Shown: positions 1-10,017 of the stretch, piece after piece | Layout: each line of letters opens with the position of its first letter | How positions within the stretch are numbered: position 1 is the first letter of the stretch | Source of the DNA: Nitrososphaerota archaeon | GTDB taxonomy: Archaea; Thermoproteota; Nitrososphaeria; Nitrososphaerales; Gagatemarchaeaceae | Direction of reading: 5' to 3' | Assembly: GCA_029785615.1 (NCBI GenBank) | Contig: JAFLZH010000004.1 | Span: 20,545-84,544 of the forward strand | Length of the DNA stretch: 64,000 nucleotides | Translations under genes and position numbers: made by a program | The notes under the pieces: generated by a model | What the model saw: only the letters and a program-made list of their open reading frames with translations | What the model was told of the DNA's origin: nothing | The model's database searches: none

Positions 1-193
1 GGAAGATGGGTATCTTCTGGGGCCTGAAGTTGTCAGGGGTGGTCTTCCGGCCCAGGGTGACCACGTGTGGATGCTCGACCAGGACCAGGGAGTCGGGGAT
101 CTCCCCCCTGGCTCTCTTGGCGGCTAGCTCTCTCTGAAGCTCCAGAGCTTCGCCGTACTCCATGGTGCCGAAGTCGAAGAGGAAGCAGCTCAT
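1..193 (-). CDS. lipB: Lipoyl(octanoyl) transferase, N-terminal part (runs off window)
   Basis: Manual translation MSCFLFDFGTMEYGEALELQRELAAKRARGEIPDSLVLVEHPHVVTLGRK; EHxxVxTLGR motif of LipB; ATGA overlap with the lpdA stop. Confidence 0.85.
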   Translation of the reverse strand, partial: MSCFLFDFGTMEYGEALELQRELAAKRARGEIPDSLVLVEHPHVVTLGRKTTPDNFRPQKIPIF

Positions 194-1593
194 GCCTTGA
201 GCTGGTGGATCGGGTGGCCGGCGGCGGACTCCGCCGCTTCCATGATCGCTTCCGGCAGAGTGGGGTGGGGGTGGACCGTAAGGGCGATGTCCTCCACGGT
301 GGCTCCCATCTCTATGGCAAGAGCCGCCTCGCTTATCAGGTTCGAAGCCTCAGGCCCGACGATCTGGACGCCGAGGACAAGGCCGTCCTCCTCGTTCGAG
401 ACGACCTTGACGAACCCCTCGGGCTCCCCTGCCGAGAGGGCCCTCCCCAGGGCGGCGAACTGAAACCTGCTCCGCTTCACTTTGTATCCTGCCTCGATGG
501 CCTTGGCCTCTGTCAGGCCCGCGCTGGCGACCTCGGGGTCACAGAAGACCGCGTCTGGGATGACCTTCCAGTCCGCTGCAGATGGAAGGCCCGAGATGCA
601 CTCCGCTGCCACGATCCCCTCCTTGGAGGCCTTGTGCGCCAGGAGAGGGGGGCCTCTCACGTCCCCGATGGCATAGACGCCAGGGACGTTCGTCTGCATC
701 TTCTCGTTGGTGAGTATGTACCCCCTCGGGTCGGTCTGCACGCCGATGGCTGCGAGGTTGAGATTCTCTATCCTGGGCTTCCGCCCGACGCTCACCAGGA
801 TCTTGTCCGCCACGACGGTCAGCGTCCCTTCGGGGGTCTCTATCTCGACTTCGGCCTCGGACCCCTTCTTCACGACTCGCGCGACCTTCGACTTCAGGTG
901 GACCTTCCCGCCCCTTGCCTCAAGCTTCCTATGGACGGTCCTTACGATCTCGGGGTCGCTCCCCGGCAGGAGCTGGTCCATTATCTCGACGACCGTGACC
1001 TGGCTCCCGAGCTTCTGGAACAACGAGGCGAACTCCAGCCCTATGGCGCCTCCCCCCACTATCAGCAGTCGGCCGGGAGCGCCCTTGAGTTCGAGCCCCT
1101 CCTTCGAGCTGATCACCAAGTCGCCGTCGAACTCTAGGCCAGGCAGGCTCGACGTCCTGGTCCCGGTGGCGATCACCAGGCTCCTGAACGAGACGTCCTC
1201 CTTTCCCTGGGCGGTGGTCACCACCAGGCGGTCCTTCGACACCACTTCGGCCACGCCGAAGATTACCGAGGCCCGGTAGCCACGCAGCAGCCCCTCCACC
1301 CCGCTGACGAGCTTCGAGACGACCTCGGACTTCCACTTCTGCAGCTGGGCGAAGTCCACGGAGACGCTGGAGGCCCTCAGGCCGAACTTCTCAGCCTCCT
1401 TGATCTTGTCGACAAGCTTGGAGACCGTTATGAGGGACTTCGATGGTATGCACCCGTAGTTCAGGCACTCCCCTCCGAGCCTGTCGGCTTCTATGACCAC
1501 AGTTTTCAGGCCGAGCTGGGCGGACCTGATGCCGCAGACATAGCCCCCGGGTCCTCCTCCGATTATGGCGACGTCTGCCTCTATCATGGACAA
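190..1593 (-). CDS. lpdA: Dihydrolipoamide dehydrogenase (E3)
   Basis: GGGPGG FAD motif, GGECLNYGCIPSK redox disulfide, C-terminal HPHPTLPE. Confidence 0.97.
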   Translation of the reverse strand: MSMIEADVAIIGGGPGGYVCGIRSAQLGLKTVVIEADRLGGECLNYGCIPSKSLITVSKLVDKIKEAEKFGLRASSVSVDFAQLQKWKSEVVSKLVSGVEGLLRGYRASVIFGVAEVVSKDRLVVTTAQGKEDVSFRSLVIATGTRTSSLPGLEFDGDLVISSKEGLELKGAPGRLLIVGGGAIGLEFASLFQKLGSQVTVVEIMDQLLPGSDPEIVRTVHRKLEARGGKVHLKSKVARVVKKGSEAEVEIETPEGTLTVVADKILVSVGRKPRIENLNLAAIGVQTDPRGYILTNEKMQTNVPGVYAIGDVRGPPLLAHKASKEGIVAAECISGLPSAADWKVIPDAVFCDPEVASAGLTEAKAIEAGYKVKRSRFQFAALGRALSAGEPEGFVKVVSNEEDGLVLGVQIVGPEASNLISEAALAIEMGATVEDIALTVHPHPTLPEAIMEAAESAAGHPIHQLKA

Positions 1594-1642
1594 ACGGGGT
1601 CGCCGCTGTCTACGGGCTTAAACGTTGCTGGGAGGCGCCCTG

Positions 1643-2857
1643 CTAGAGGACTTCGGCCAGCAGCTTCTTCGTGTCCTGTATCGTCTCGATCAGTCTCGAG
1701 GTGAACCTTGCCGCATAGGCGCCGTCTATCACCCTGTGGTCGAACGACAGTGAAAGGTAGGTGGTGTCTCTGACTTCTATCTTACCGTCGCGGACGACCG
1801 GTCGCTTGGCTATCTTGTGGAGCCCCAGGATAGCGACCTCAGGGAGGTTGATGATGGGTGTGGCGAAGAGTCCGCCTATCGCCCCGACGTTGGTGATGGT
1901 GAAAGTGGAGCCCCGGACGTCATCGAGCCCAAGCTGCCCGGTCCTGGCCTTCTCAGAGAGCTTGGCAATCTCCCCTGCGAGCTCGAATATGTCCTTCCTG
2001 TCCACGTCCTTCACGACAGGTACGACGAGCCCCTGCTCGGTGTCTGTCGCGATCCCGATGTTGTAGTACTTCTTCAGGACGATGTTCCCGGCCTGTTCGT
2101 CCAGCGAAGAGTTGACGTATGGGAACTCCTTGAGGGCGGGCACCAGCGCCTTGATTATGAACGGGAGGTAGGTCAGGCGCACCCCCCTCTTATCGGCGCT
2201 CCCCCTGAGCGCCTCTCTCAGCAGCACGAGTTCAGTCATGTCCGCCTCGTCGACGTGGGTGACCTGAGCTGTCGTCCTCTGGGACTTCACCATTCTGTCG
2301 GATATGGTCCTCCTCAGGCCCCTCAGTGGGATGAGCTCTTCTCCGGGGCCCCCCCTGGTCGGCTGAAGCGACTGGAGGGCTGCGGCGGTCGCGGCCGGCC
2401 TCGACGCTGACGTCCTGATGTCCTCATCGGTCACCCTCCCCTGTGGCCCCGACCCGTGGACCCTCGCGATGTCCACGCCAAGCTCCCTCGCCAGCCTTCT
2501 CGTGGCCGGAGTAGCGAGGACGGATTGGGCAGGGGCTGGGGGTGCCTGCTGTGACTGGGCAGCCGCCTGCGCTGGCGCGGCCTTGGGGGGAGCCGCTACT
2601 GGGGGGACCGCCGGAGCGCTGGCGTTCCCATCGTCTATCACCAGAATCGTCTGGCCAACCTTTGCCACGTCTCCTTCCTTGACCAGTAGCTTTGACACCC
2701 TCCCGCTCCTGGGGGATGGAATCTGGACGTTCACCTTGTCCGTCATCACTTCGACGATGGGCTGGTCTTCCTTGATCTGGTCCCCTTCCTTCACCATCCA
2801 CTTGATGACCTCTCCCTCGGTGATGCCTTCGCCGAGGTCCGGCAGTCTGAACTCCAA
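1643..2857 (-). CDS. pdhC: Dihydrolipoamide acyltransferase (E2) of 2-oxoacid dehydrogenase
   Basis: Lipoyl domain (EVMTDKV), Ala/Pro linker, E3-binding domain (ATPATRRLARE), catalytic DHRVIDG. Confidence 0.95.
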   Translation of the reverse strand: MEFRLPDLGEGITEGEVIKWMVKEGDQIKEDQPIVEVMTDKVNVQIPSPRSGRVSKLLVKEGDVAKVGQTILVIDDGNASAPAVPPVAAPPKAAPAQAAAQSQQAPPAPAQSVLATPATRRLARELGVDIARVHGSGPQGRVTDEDIRTSASRPAATAAALQSLQPTRGGPGEELIPLRGLRRTISDRMVKSQRTTAQVTHVDEADMTELVLLREALRGSADKRGVRLTYLPFIIKALVPALKEFPYVNSSLDEQAGNIVLKKYYNIGIATDTEQGLVVPVVKDVDRKDIFELAGEIAKLSEKARTGQLGLDDVRGSTFTITNVGAIGGLFATPIINLPEVAILGLHKIAKRPVVRDGKIEVRDTTYLSLSFDHRVIDGAYAARFTSRLIETIQDTKKLLAEVL

Positions 2858-2919
2858 GACAGATACGGGCGACCCGGTGGAGGGTTAAAAACTGTGCAGC
2901 CAGCTCGTGGGGAGCCTAT

Positions 2920-5070
2920 TCAGTAGCCGACCACGTCGAGGGCCGCCTTCATGACGCGTTCCTTGCTCGGGATATAGTTGTCCTCGAGCTTGGCCAGGGG
3001 TACGGGTATGTCGTAGCCGGTCACCCTCCTGACGGGCGCCTTCAGGTAGTCCAGGGCCCTCTCAGCCACGGTGGCCGCTACCTCCGCCCCTATCCCGACA
3101 TTGCGGGGCGCTTCGTGGACGACGACGAGCCTTCCGGTCTTCTGCACCGATCCCACCACGGTTTCGAAGTCGATGGGGGAGACGGTTCGCAGGTCGACCA
3201 CTTCGGCCGAGACAGACCTCTCGCTCTGAAGCGCCTCCGCCGCCTGTGCGGTGGGGACCATCATCGCGCCGTAGGAGACGAGCGTGACGTCGTTGCCCTG
3301 CCTTACCACACTTGCCTTGCCTATGGGGATGCGGTACTCCTCCTCAGGGACGTCGGCCTTGGGGGAGTCGTAGATCTTCTTGGGCTCCATGAACACCACC
3401 GGGTCCGGGTCGGTCAGGGCGGATGCGAGGAGGCCTTTGGCGTCATATGGGGTGGAGGGGACTACGACCTTCAGCCCCGGCGTGTGGGCGAAGTAGGCTT
3501 CGGGGGATTCAGAGTGGAGCTCTGGGGGTCGTATGCCTGCCCCATAGGGGAATCGGATGACACCCCTGAGTGCGAACCTCCCTCTGGTCCTGTTCCTCAT
3601 CCTGGCTATGTGACTGAAGATCTGGTCGAAGGCAGGGAAAGTGAAGCCGTCAAACTGGAACTCGGCCACGGGGACCATGCCGCCGATAGAGAGGCCCACG
3701 AATATGCCAGCTATGCTGAGCTCGGCCAGGGGGGTGTCGAAGACCCTGCTGGGGCCGAACTCGTCAAAAAGCCCGCGCGTCACCTGGAAGACGCCGCCGT
3801 TCTTTGCCACGTCCTCCCCGAATATCACCAGCCTGCTGTCGCGCCGCAGGCCCTCCCTGAGGGCCATGTTGACCGCGTTCCTGATGTTTATCCCCGGCTT
3901 CCCGCCGGTGGCCGACGGCTCGGGCGCCGAAGCCGCTGGGCCAGACTGTCCCCCAAGAAACTCGGCCTTCTCCATGGCGAGGACTGGGGTGAGTGAGGAG
4001 TAGGTGTAGTCGAATATCGCCTCCGGGTCCACGGGGGGGGTCGCCCTGTAGGCAGCTATCGCCTCGTTCATCTTGTCCTGGGCGGCGGCAGCGACAGCCT
4101 CCTTCGTCTTGTCGTCCAGCAGGCCGCGCGACCTCAGGTACTTCTCGAATCTGACGATGGGGCTCCTCCGCTCCCATTCAGCGACCTCATCCGGAGCCTT
4201 CAGCTTGTTGGAGACAAGCTCGGCGGTCGTGTGCGGGCCGAGCCTGTAGGTAGAGTACTCGATCAGGGTGGGTCCCCCGCCCCTCCTTGCCTTGTCGACC
4301 GCGTACTTGGTAGCCTCATAGGACGCGATGACGTCGTTGCCGTCGACGAGGATCCCTTCGAAGCCGTAGGCGACTGCCTTCTGGGCGATGGTCTTCGACG
4401 CCGTCTGGGCGCCCCTCCTGACGGAGAGGGCCCACTGGTTGTTCTCCACCCCGAATATGACTGGCAGGTCGTAGACCCCGGCTATGTTCATCGCTTCGTG
4501 GAAGTCCGCCTTGGAGGTGCCGCCGTCCCCGGTGACCACGAATACAACTGACTTCTCCCCCTGCAGGCGCTTCGCCATCGCGAGCCCCGCGGCGTGAGGG
4601 AGCTGGGTGGCAACTGGAACGGCCAGCGGGAGCATGTTCAGGTCCCCGGGCGTCTGCATCCCCCTCTCGTCCCCGCCCCAGTACTGCAGCAGCTTGACTG
4701 GGGGCATCCCGAAGGCCAGCATACCCGCGGAGTCTCTGTACATGGGGACGTACCAATCTCCCCGCTCCAGGGCGTTGACCGGCCCAATCTGCGCCGCCTC
4801 CTGCCCCTTGCCGGGCGCATAGGTCCCGATCTCCCTGAGGGTCGAGAGGTTGGTCGCCTTGTCGTCGAAGAGGCGGCCGAAAACAAGCTGCTCGTAGATC
4901 CGTTTCAGAGTATCCGGTGAGAGGTTTGGGTCCTTCCCGCGGATGCCTCCGTCGGGGGATAGCCTCTGAAAGAGAAACTCTTCGGGAGTGGCGAACTTGA
5001 AATCAGACTCGCTGAAGATTCGTGGTACCGCGTCGGTGCCAGACCTCTTCATGGAATCTTCTTCGGTCAA
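2920..5070 (-). CDS. 2-oxoacid dehydrogenase E1, alpha-beta fusion
   Basis: Alpha part: GDGGTS...NNQWA TPP motif and YRLGPH. Beta part: GEDVAKNGGVF, DTPLAE, HSESPE, VVVHEA. Confidence 0.93.
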   Translation of the reverse strand: MTEEDSMKRSGTDAVPRIFSESDFKFATPEEFLFQRLSPDGGIRGKDPNLSPDTLKRIYEQLVFGRLFDDKATNLSTLREIGTYAPGKGQEAAQIGPVNALERGDWYVPMYRDSAGMLAFGMPPVKLLQYWGGDERGMQTPGDLNMLPLAVPVATQLPHAAGLAMAKRLQGEKSVVFVVTGDGGTSKADFHEAMNIAGVYDLPVIFGVENNQWALSVRRGAQTASKTIAQKAVAYGFEGILVDGNDVIASYEATKYAVDKARRGGGPTLIEYSTYRLGPHTTAELVSNKLKAPDEVAEWERRSPIVRFEKYLRSRGLLDDKTKEAVAAAAQDKMNEAIAAYRATPPVDPEAIFDYTYSSLTPVLAMEKAEFLGGQSGPAASAPEPSATGGKPGINIRNAVNMALREGLRRDSRLVIFGEDVAKNGGVFQVTRGLFDEFGPSRVFDTPLAELSIAGIFVGLSIGGMVPVAEFQFDGFTFPAFDQIFSHIARMRNRTRGRFALRGVIRFPYGAGIRPPELHSESPEAYFAHTPGLKVVVPSTPYDAKGLLASALTDPDPVVFMEPKKIYDSPKADVPEEEYRIPIGKASVVRQGNDVTLVSYGAMMVPTAQAAEALQSERSVSAEVVDLRTVSPIDFETVVGSVQKTGRLVVVHEAPRNVGIGAEVAATVAERALDYLKAPVRRVTGYDIPVPLAKLEDNYIPSKERVMKAALDVVGY

Positions 5071-5993
5071 GGATTTTTTCTGATTCCGGCGCCCATATAA
5101 GATTGGTGGGCTCTACTGTTCCTTTGGATGGCCGTCCTGATGAAGAATTCCCCCGCGCGGTAGCTGCTTCTCACCAGCGGGCCCGAGGCGACGTACAAGA
5201 ACCCGAGTTCTTCACCCATGGCTCTGTATCGTCCGAAGTGTATGGGGTCGACGTAATCGGCCACTTTAAGGTGGCGCGCGGAAGGGCGGAGGTACTGTCC
5301 CACCGTGAGGAAGTCCACGTCCGCCTGCCTCAGGTGCGTCATCGCCTGGTATACCTCCTCCTCTGACTCCCCGAGGCCCACCATTATGGACGACTTGGTG
5401 TAGACGCCAGGGTCCAGCTTCTTCACGTTCCGCAGGACCGAGAGCGACTGCCAGTAGTTCGCCCGCGGGTCCCTCACCCTGTGGGTGAGAGAAATAGTGG
5501 TCTCGATGTTGTGGGCTATGACGTCGGGTCGCGCTTCGACGACAGCCCTCAGGCCGTCGAGGTCCCCCTGGAAGTCTGGGATCAGGACTTCGACGAGCAT
5601 CCCCGGGTTCTCCTCCTTCACGAGCTTGACCGTGCGGGCGATGTGGGAAGCCCCGCCGTCAGGCAGGTCGTCTCTGTCTACAGAGGTCAGCACTACGTAG
5701 GTCAGGCCCATCTGGGAAAGGGCGAATGCGACGTTCTCTGGCTCGAGCTCGTCCAGGACCCCCTGGGGCTTCCCCGGGGTGACCATGCAGAACCGGCATG
5801 CCCGCGAGCAGACGTCCCCCATCAGCATCAGGGTGGCCGTCCCGCCCCCCCAGCATTCGTGGACGTTCGGACAGTGGGCTTCCTCGCAGACCGTGTGCAG
5901 GTTCAAGCGGCCGAAGAGGGCCTTCAGGTCGTCGTAGTTCTCCCCGATGGGAGGTTTTACAGTGAGCCAACTTGGCTTGGGATCGGCTAGCAA
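5067..5993 (-). CDS. lipA: Lipoyl synthase
   Basis: CEEAHCPNVHEC, CSRACRFC radical SAM motif, GQYLRPS, RSSY. Confidence 0.97.
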   Translation of the reverse strand: MLADPKPSWLTVKPPIGENYDDLKALFGRLNLHTVCEEAHCPNVHECWGGGTATLMLMGDVCSRACRFCMVTPGKPQGVLDELEPENVAFALSQMGLTYVVLTSVDRDDLPDGGASHIARTVKLVKEENPGMLVEVLIPDFQGDLDGLRAVVEARPDVIAHNIETTISLTHRVRDPRANYWQSLSVLRNVKKLDPGVYTKSSIMVGLGESEEEVYQAMTHLRQADVDFLTVGQYLRPSARHLKVADYVDPIHFGRYRAMGEELGFLYVASGPLVRSSYRAGEFFIRTAIQRNSRAHQSYMGAGIRKNP

Positions 5994-5995
5994 TT

Positions 5996-6430
5996 TCAGC
6001 TGCTGACGAGCAACTTCAGCCTGTCAAAATCCTTTACGGAAAAGGTGCCTTCGCAGGCGTAGCAGCCTTCCACCTTGAAGTCGGGCTCAAGGTCGCCGTG
6101 CAGGAGGCACATCATCTTGTTGAACCTGATGTAGTCGAGGACCTCGGTCATCGACCGGAGCGCCTCTCTGGTGTCGGGATGGTCCAAGGAGAGCTCCTTG
6201 GCTATCTTGTCCGCGGCCTTCGTCACGGTCGGGTCGCCCTCGAGGTTGACCATGACCCCCCTCGTCTTTCTCGCGTAGTTACTCACTGAGGCCTGGGTGA
6301 CCCCGAGGCGCTTCGCGACCTCCTGCTGGGTGAGACGGTACTCCTCCTGCAGCCTTCTCGCCACCATGGCCCTCAGGGCGGGGAGGGCTGACTTCGCGAC
6401 TATCTCATAGGGGCTGATGAGGCGGGTCAT
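5996..6430 (-). CDS. HTH transcriptional regulator with C-terminal Cys/His motif, first gene of the operon
   Basis: LTQQEVAKRLGVTQASVSNY HTH; CLLH...CYAC tail typical of an archaeal COG2522-like family. Confidence 0.8.
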   Translation of the reverse strand: MTRLISPYEIVAKSALPALRAMVARRLQEEYRLTQQEVAKRLGVTQASVSNYARKTRGVMVNLEGDPTVTKAADKIAKELSLDHPDTREALRSMTEVLDYIRFNKMMCLLHGDLEPDFKVEGCYACEGTFSVKDFDRLKLLVSS

Positions 6431-6440
6431 CGTCTTTTCA

Positions 6441-6470
6441 ATAACGTATGTTATAGTCCGTTATTTAAGG
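6441..6470 (-). promoter_or_regulatory. TATA box plus inverted repeat ATAAC-N4-GTTAT (candidate operator)
   Basis: ATAACGTATGTTAT at 6441-6454, between the minus-strand TTAAATAA box (6461-6468) and the ATG at 6430. Confidence 0.5.
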
Positions 6471-6607
6471 CGATACTCACGCCACAGCTCACTTTCGCAG
6501 CCGACGCTTTTCTGACGACTGGCCGACCGCAAACTTATTGGAGGAGGCCGAGGAGTTTCCCACAGTTCTTGACGCCGCGCCCAGACGACCCAAGGAGACG
6601 GTGAGCG

Positions 6608-9475
6608 GTGCAAGGGCAGAACGTCTTCCAGTTCCTTTCGCCTCCCCTGCTCGCAGCCTTGAAGGAACGGGGATTCGACTCCCCCACCGACCCCCAGGCG
6701 AAGCTCCTCCCCATAGTGATGAAAGGAAAGAATGCGCTCCTCATGGCCCCGACGGGGACTGGGAAGACTGAAGCGGCCCTGCTTCCGATTCTTGACGCCA
6801 TCATCCGCGAGGGCGAGACGAGAGAGAAGGGGACGAAACTGTTGTACATCACCCCGCTCCGAGCTCTCAACAGGGACATGCTCGACAGGATGCAGTGGTG
6901 GTGCAAGCGCTTCGACATCAGGCTGGGAGTGAGGCACGGAGACAGTAGCCAGGCAGAGAGGACCAACCTGAGCCTGGCCCCGCCCGACATACTCATCACG
7001 ACGCCGGAGACCCTCCAGATCATGCTCGTGGGGAGGAGGATCAGGCAGAACCTGGCGAAGCTGAGGTGGGTGGTGGTGGACGAGGTGCACGAGCTCTCGG
7101 AGGACAAGAGAGGGAGCCAACTGAGCGTCGGGCTCGAGAGGCTGAGGGACGTGGCAGAGAAGGAGTTCCAGGTAGTCGGTCTGTCGGCCACCGTCGGCTC
7201 CCCGGAGAAGGTCGCTCAGTTCCTAGTGGGGAACGGGAGAGAATGCGAGGTGGTGCGCGTCCCGGTTGAGAAGAGCCTGTCGCTGAAGGTGGTGGCCCCC
7301 AGGGCGACGGGGGACGACAGGATCCTCGCCGATGCCATATACTCCTACCCCGAAGTCGCGGCCAGGCTCAGGACCGTCAGGGAGCTGGTGGAGAAATACA
7401 GGTCAGTCCTCATTTTCACGAACACGCGGTCGGAGGCCGAGGCGCTGTCGAGTCGATTCAGGGTGTGGGATCCAGGATTCGCCATAGCGGTCCACCACAG
7501 CTCGCTGTCCAAGGCGACCAGGGAAGCCGTCGAGAGGAGCCTCAAGGATGGGAAGCTGCTCGGAGTAATATGCACGAGCAGCCTCGAGCTCGGCATAGAC
7601 ATAGGGTTCCTTGAGTATGTGATTCAGTACAACTCCCCGAGGCAGGTGACCAGGCTGATTCAGAGGGTAGGACGCAGCGGGCACAGGGTGGGTGAGGTCT
7701 CCAATGGGCTGGTGATCACCCAGGACTCTGACGACACGCTGGAAGCCGCCGTGCTCTGCAGGAAGGCGGTGATGGGCGAGCTGGAACCCCTCGAGCCGAT
7801 CTTCAACCCCTACGACGTGGCCATACACCAGGTCGCCGGGCTGCTCATCGAGCAGGGGAACTGGAACTTCGACGACCTGGTGGCCTTCTTCAAGAGGAGC
7901 TATGCCTATGCGGAACTCGACGGGGAGAGGATGAAGAAGGTGCTCACCTACATGCGGGAGCGCTATCCCCGCCTGGCCTACTACAGTGAATCGGACGGGA
8001 AGGTCTTCCGCGCCAGGGACGTCAAGCCGCTGTTCCAGTACTACTTCGACAACCTCTCGATGATTCCGGACGAGAAGCAGTACCTGGTCATCGAAGGGGA
8101 CACGTTCGTCGGCACCTTGGACGAGGCGTTCGTGTCGGAGTACGGGGAGGTCGGTGTCAAGTTCGTGGAGGCGGGGAGGTGCTGGAAGGTAGAGCAGATC
8201 TACGGGAACAAGGTATACGTGAGGTCAGAGGATGATCCGACGGGTGCAGTCCCCCACTGGGTGGGAGATGAGATACCTGTCCCGATGGAGGTCGCGGCAG
8301 AGGTAGGGTCCGTACGAAGGAGGTACGCCGAGGAGTTGGAGAAGGGTGGAGAGGCTGAATACCTGGACGAGCTGGCCAGGACTTACCCGGCCTCCAAGGA
8401 CGCCCTCCAGGAATCCTTGAAGGAGGTCGCGGAGCAGCAGGCTGCGAAGCTCCCCATACCCTCAGAGAGGCTTGTGACCATCGAGAAGTGGGACAAGTAC
8501 CTGGTCATACAGGCGGCCTTCGGGCACAGGGTGAACAGGCTGCTGGCCAGGGTCCTCGGTCACCTCATTTCCGAACGGATAGGGCAGTCGGTAGCCGTCC
8601 ACCAGGACCCTTACCGGATTGTGATCGAGGCCGAGGTGACGCCCGCCGTCGTCCTTTCGGTGGTCGAGGAGCTCCACAAGCTCGACCTGAAGGCAGCGAC
8701 TGAGAAAGCCGTAGAGAGGAGCGGGATCTTCAAGCGGCGCCTCATCCACGCGGGCAAGAAGTGCGGCGCCATAGCCAAGGACGCAGACTACGCAAGTGTC
8801 TCCATCGCCGGGATCATCGAAGCCCTCAGGGACACCCCCGTCTACGAAGAGGCGATGAGCATGATTTTCCACGACGACTTCGACCTCTCGGCGGCTGCCG
8901 ACGTGATCGAGAAGATTAACGCAGGCGCGATTGACGTGAAGCTGGTAGAGTACGAGGGGCTCACCCCCATCGCCAGAATCGGGGTGGAGGAGATCAGCAG
9001 ACGTGGAGAGATAGTCTCACCAGAGCGGTTGAGGGCCCTCCTGAAGCAGTCGACCAGGGCAAGGGTCAACGAGACGTTCCTCGTGGCGGTCTGCACCAGC
9101 TGCTGGAACTTCCTGGAGCTTAGAAAGGTCGCAGACCTAGAGGGGCTCGAGAGCTGCCCCGCGTGCGGGAAGCCTAGGTTGGGGCTCTCGACCGACTCTT
9201 ATGAGAACGTCTTCTCGCTGGCCATGAAGGCCAGGAGCAGGGCGGCTCTTACCGGAGCCAAGCTGAAGGTGGTCGAGGCGCTCAGAAAGTCGTCGGAGCT
9301 GAGGAAGGAGTACGGTCACGCCGCTGACATGATCCTGGCCGGGAGGGGGATAAGGCTGGCAGAAGCTGCAGCGCTGGCCGCGAAGATGAGGAAGGAAGGG
9401 ACGGATGTCGTTGAACTCATCATCGAAGGAGAGAGGGAGGCGCTGCGCAGGCGCTACTTCTTCGCCGCTTCCTGA
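6608..9475 (+). CDS. lhr: Lhr-family SF2 DEAD/DEAH helicase (copy 1)
   Basis: APTGTGKT, TPLRAL, DEVH, SAT, TSSLELGID, QRVGRSGH; C-terminal CxxC..CxxC. Confidence 0.92.
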   Translation: MQGQNVFQFLSPPLLAALKERGFDSPTDPQAKLLPIVMKGKNALLMAPTGTGKTEAALLPILDAIIREGETREKGTKLLYITPLRALNRDMLDRMQWWCKRFDIRLGVRHGDSSQAERTNLSLAPPDILITTPETLQIMLVGRRIRQNLAKLRWVVVDEVHELSEDKRGSQLSVGLERLRDVAEKEFQVVGLSATVGSPEKVAQFLVGNGRECEVVRVPVEKSLSLKVVAPRATGDDRILADAIYSYPEVAARLRTVRELVEKYRSVLIFTNTRSEAEALSSRFRVWDPGFAIAVHHSSLSKATREAVERSLKDGKLLGVICTSSLELGIDIGFLEYVIQYNSPRQVTRLIQRVGRSGHRVGEVSNGLVITQDSDDTLEAAVLCRKAVMGELEPLEPIFNPYDVAIHQVAGLLIEQGNWNFDDLVAFFKRSYAYAELDGERMKKVLTYMRERYPRLAYYSESDGKVFRARDVKPLFQYYFDNLSMIPDEKQYLVIEGDTFVGTLDEAFVSEYGEVGVKFVEAGRCWKVEQIYGNKVYVRSEDDPTGAVPHWVGDEIPVPMEVAAEVGSVRRRYAEELEKGGEAEYLDELARTYPASKDALQESLKEVAEQQAAKLPIPSERLVTIEKWDKYLVIQAAFGHRVNRLLARVLGHLISERIGQSVAVHQDPYRIVIEAEVTPAVVLSVVEELHKLDLKAATEKAVERSGIFKRRLIHAGKKCGAIAKDADYASVSIAGIIEALRDTPVYEEAMSMIFHDDFDLSAAADVIEKINAGAIDVKLVEYEGLTPIARIGVEEISRRGEIVSPERLRALLKQSTRARVNETFLVAVCTSCWNFLELRKVADLEGLESCPACGKPRLGLSTDSYENVFSLAMKARSRAALTGAKLKVVEALRKSSELRKEYGHAADMILAGRGIRLAEAAALAAKMRKEGTDVVELIIEGEREALRRRYFFAAS

Positions 9476-10017
9476 GCGCGCGACAGTATCAGCGTCATGA
9501 GAGTCTTCTCGTCCACCTCCGCTCTGGTCCTCCAGCCTATGTGCACCATGGTCCGTTCGTCCTGCTCTAGGTAGCCGCGCTTCACGTACCGGTCGAGCGA
9601 GTAGTCGATCCTCCACCTGGGGAACTTCTCCCTGAGGAACTGCTCGACCTCGCGCCTGGCGACACGGCCGGTCTTGGAGTTGACGAAGGCGATGGTTGCC
9701 GCGAGGACAGCCAGGTCGTCTATCCTGATGCCCGACGTTTCCGCCTCCGTGACGGTAGGAGGCTCCTTGAACCTCAGGAGGAAGCGGGATGAATCGTCGG
9801 TCCCGTCGACGCCCTTCACCTCGAACACCTCGAGGCCCATGGGTGCGACGTCTTCTGAGAGGACTCCGATGATCTTGCGGTAGTCCCTCCCCAGGTACCG
9901 CTTCATCTCCCACCCCTTGACGCCGGGGTTACGCCCACGCTGGAGGACTAAGACCTGGAAGGCCCGCCTGACCTTCCTCTCCAGAAGCGCCCTGTCAGCG
10001 GTGTCCGACTCCATCAA
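9454..10017 (-). CDS. Tandem winged-helix protein, ScpB/Nse1-Nse3 (KITE)-like
   Basis: 187 aa, two wHTH-like halves ending HIGWRTRAE; third gene after the SMC-like and kleisin-like genes, with overlapping stop/start. Confidence 0.55.
   Translation of the reverse strand: MMESDTADRALLERKVRRAFQVLVLQRGRNPGVKGWEMKRYLGRDYRKIIGVLSEDVAPMGLEVFEVKGVDGTDDSSRFLLRFKEPPTVTEAETSGIRIDDLAVLAATIAFVNSKTGRVARREVEQFLREKFPRWRIDYSLDRYVKRGYLEQDERTMVHIGWRTRAEVDEKTLMTLILSRAQEAAKK

Noticed and set aside
67..5990. Long plus-strand ORFs opposite the dehydrogenase operon (e.g. 67-1137, 3115-3996), and similar antisense ORFs across the window
   Set aside because: Shadow frames of GC-rich genes; no motifs, and fully overlapped by well-supported CDSs.
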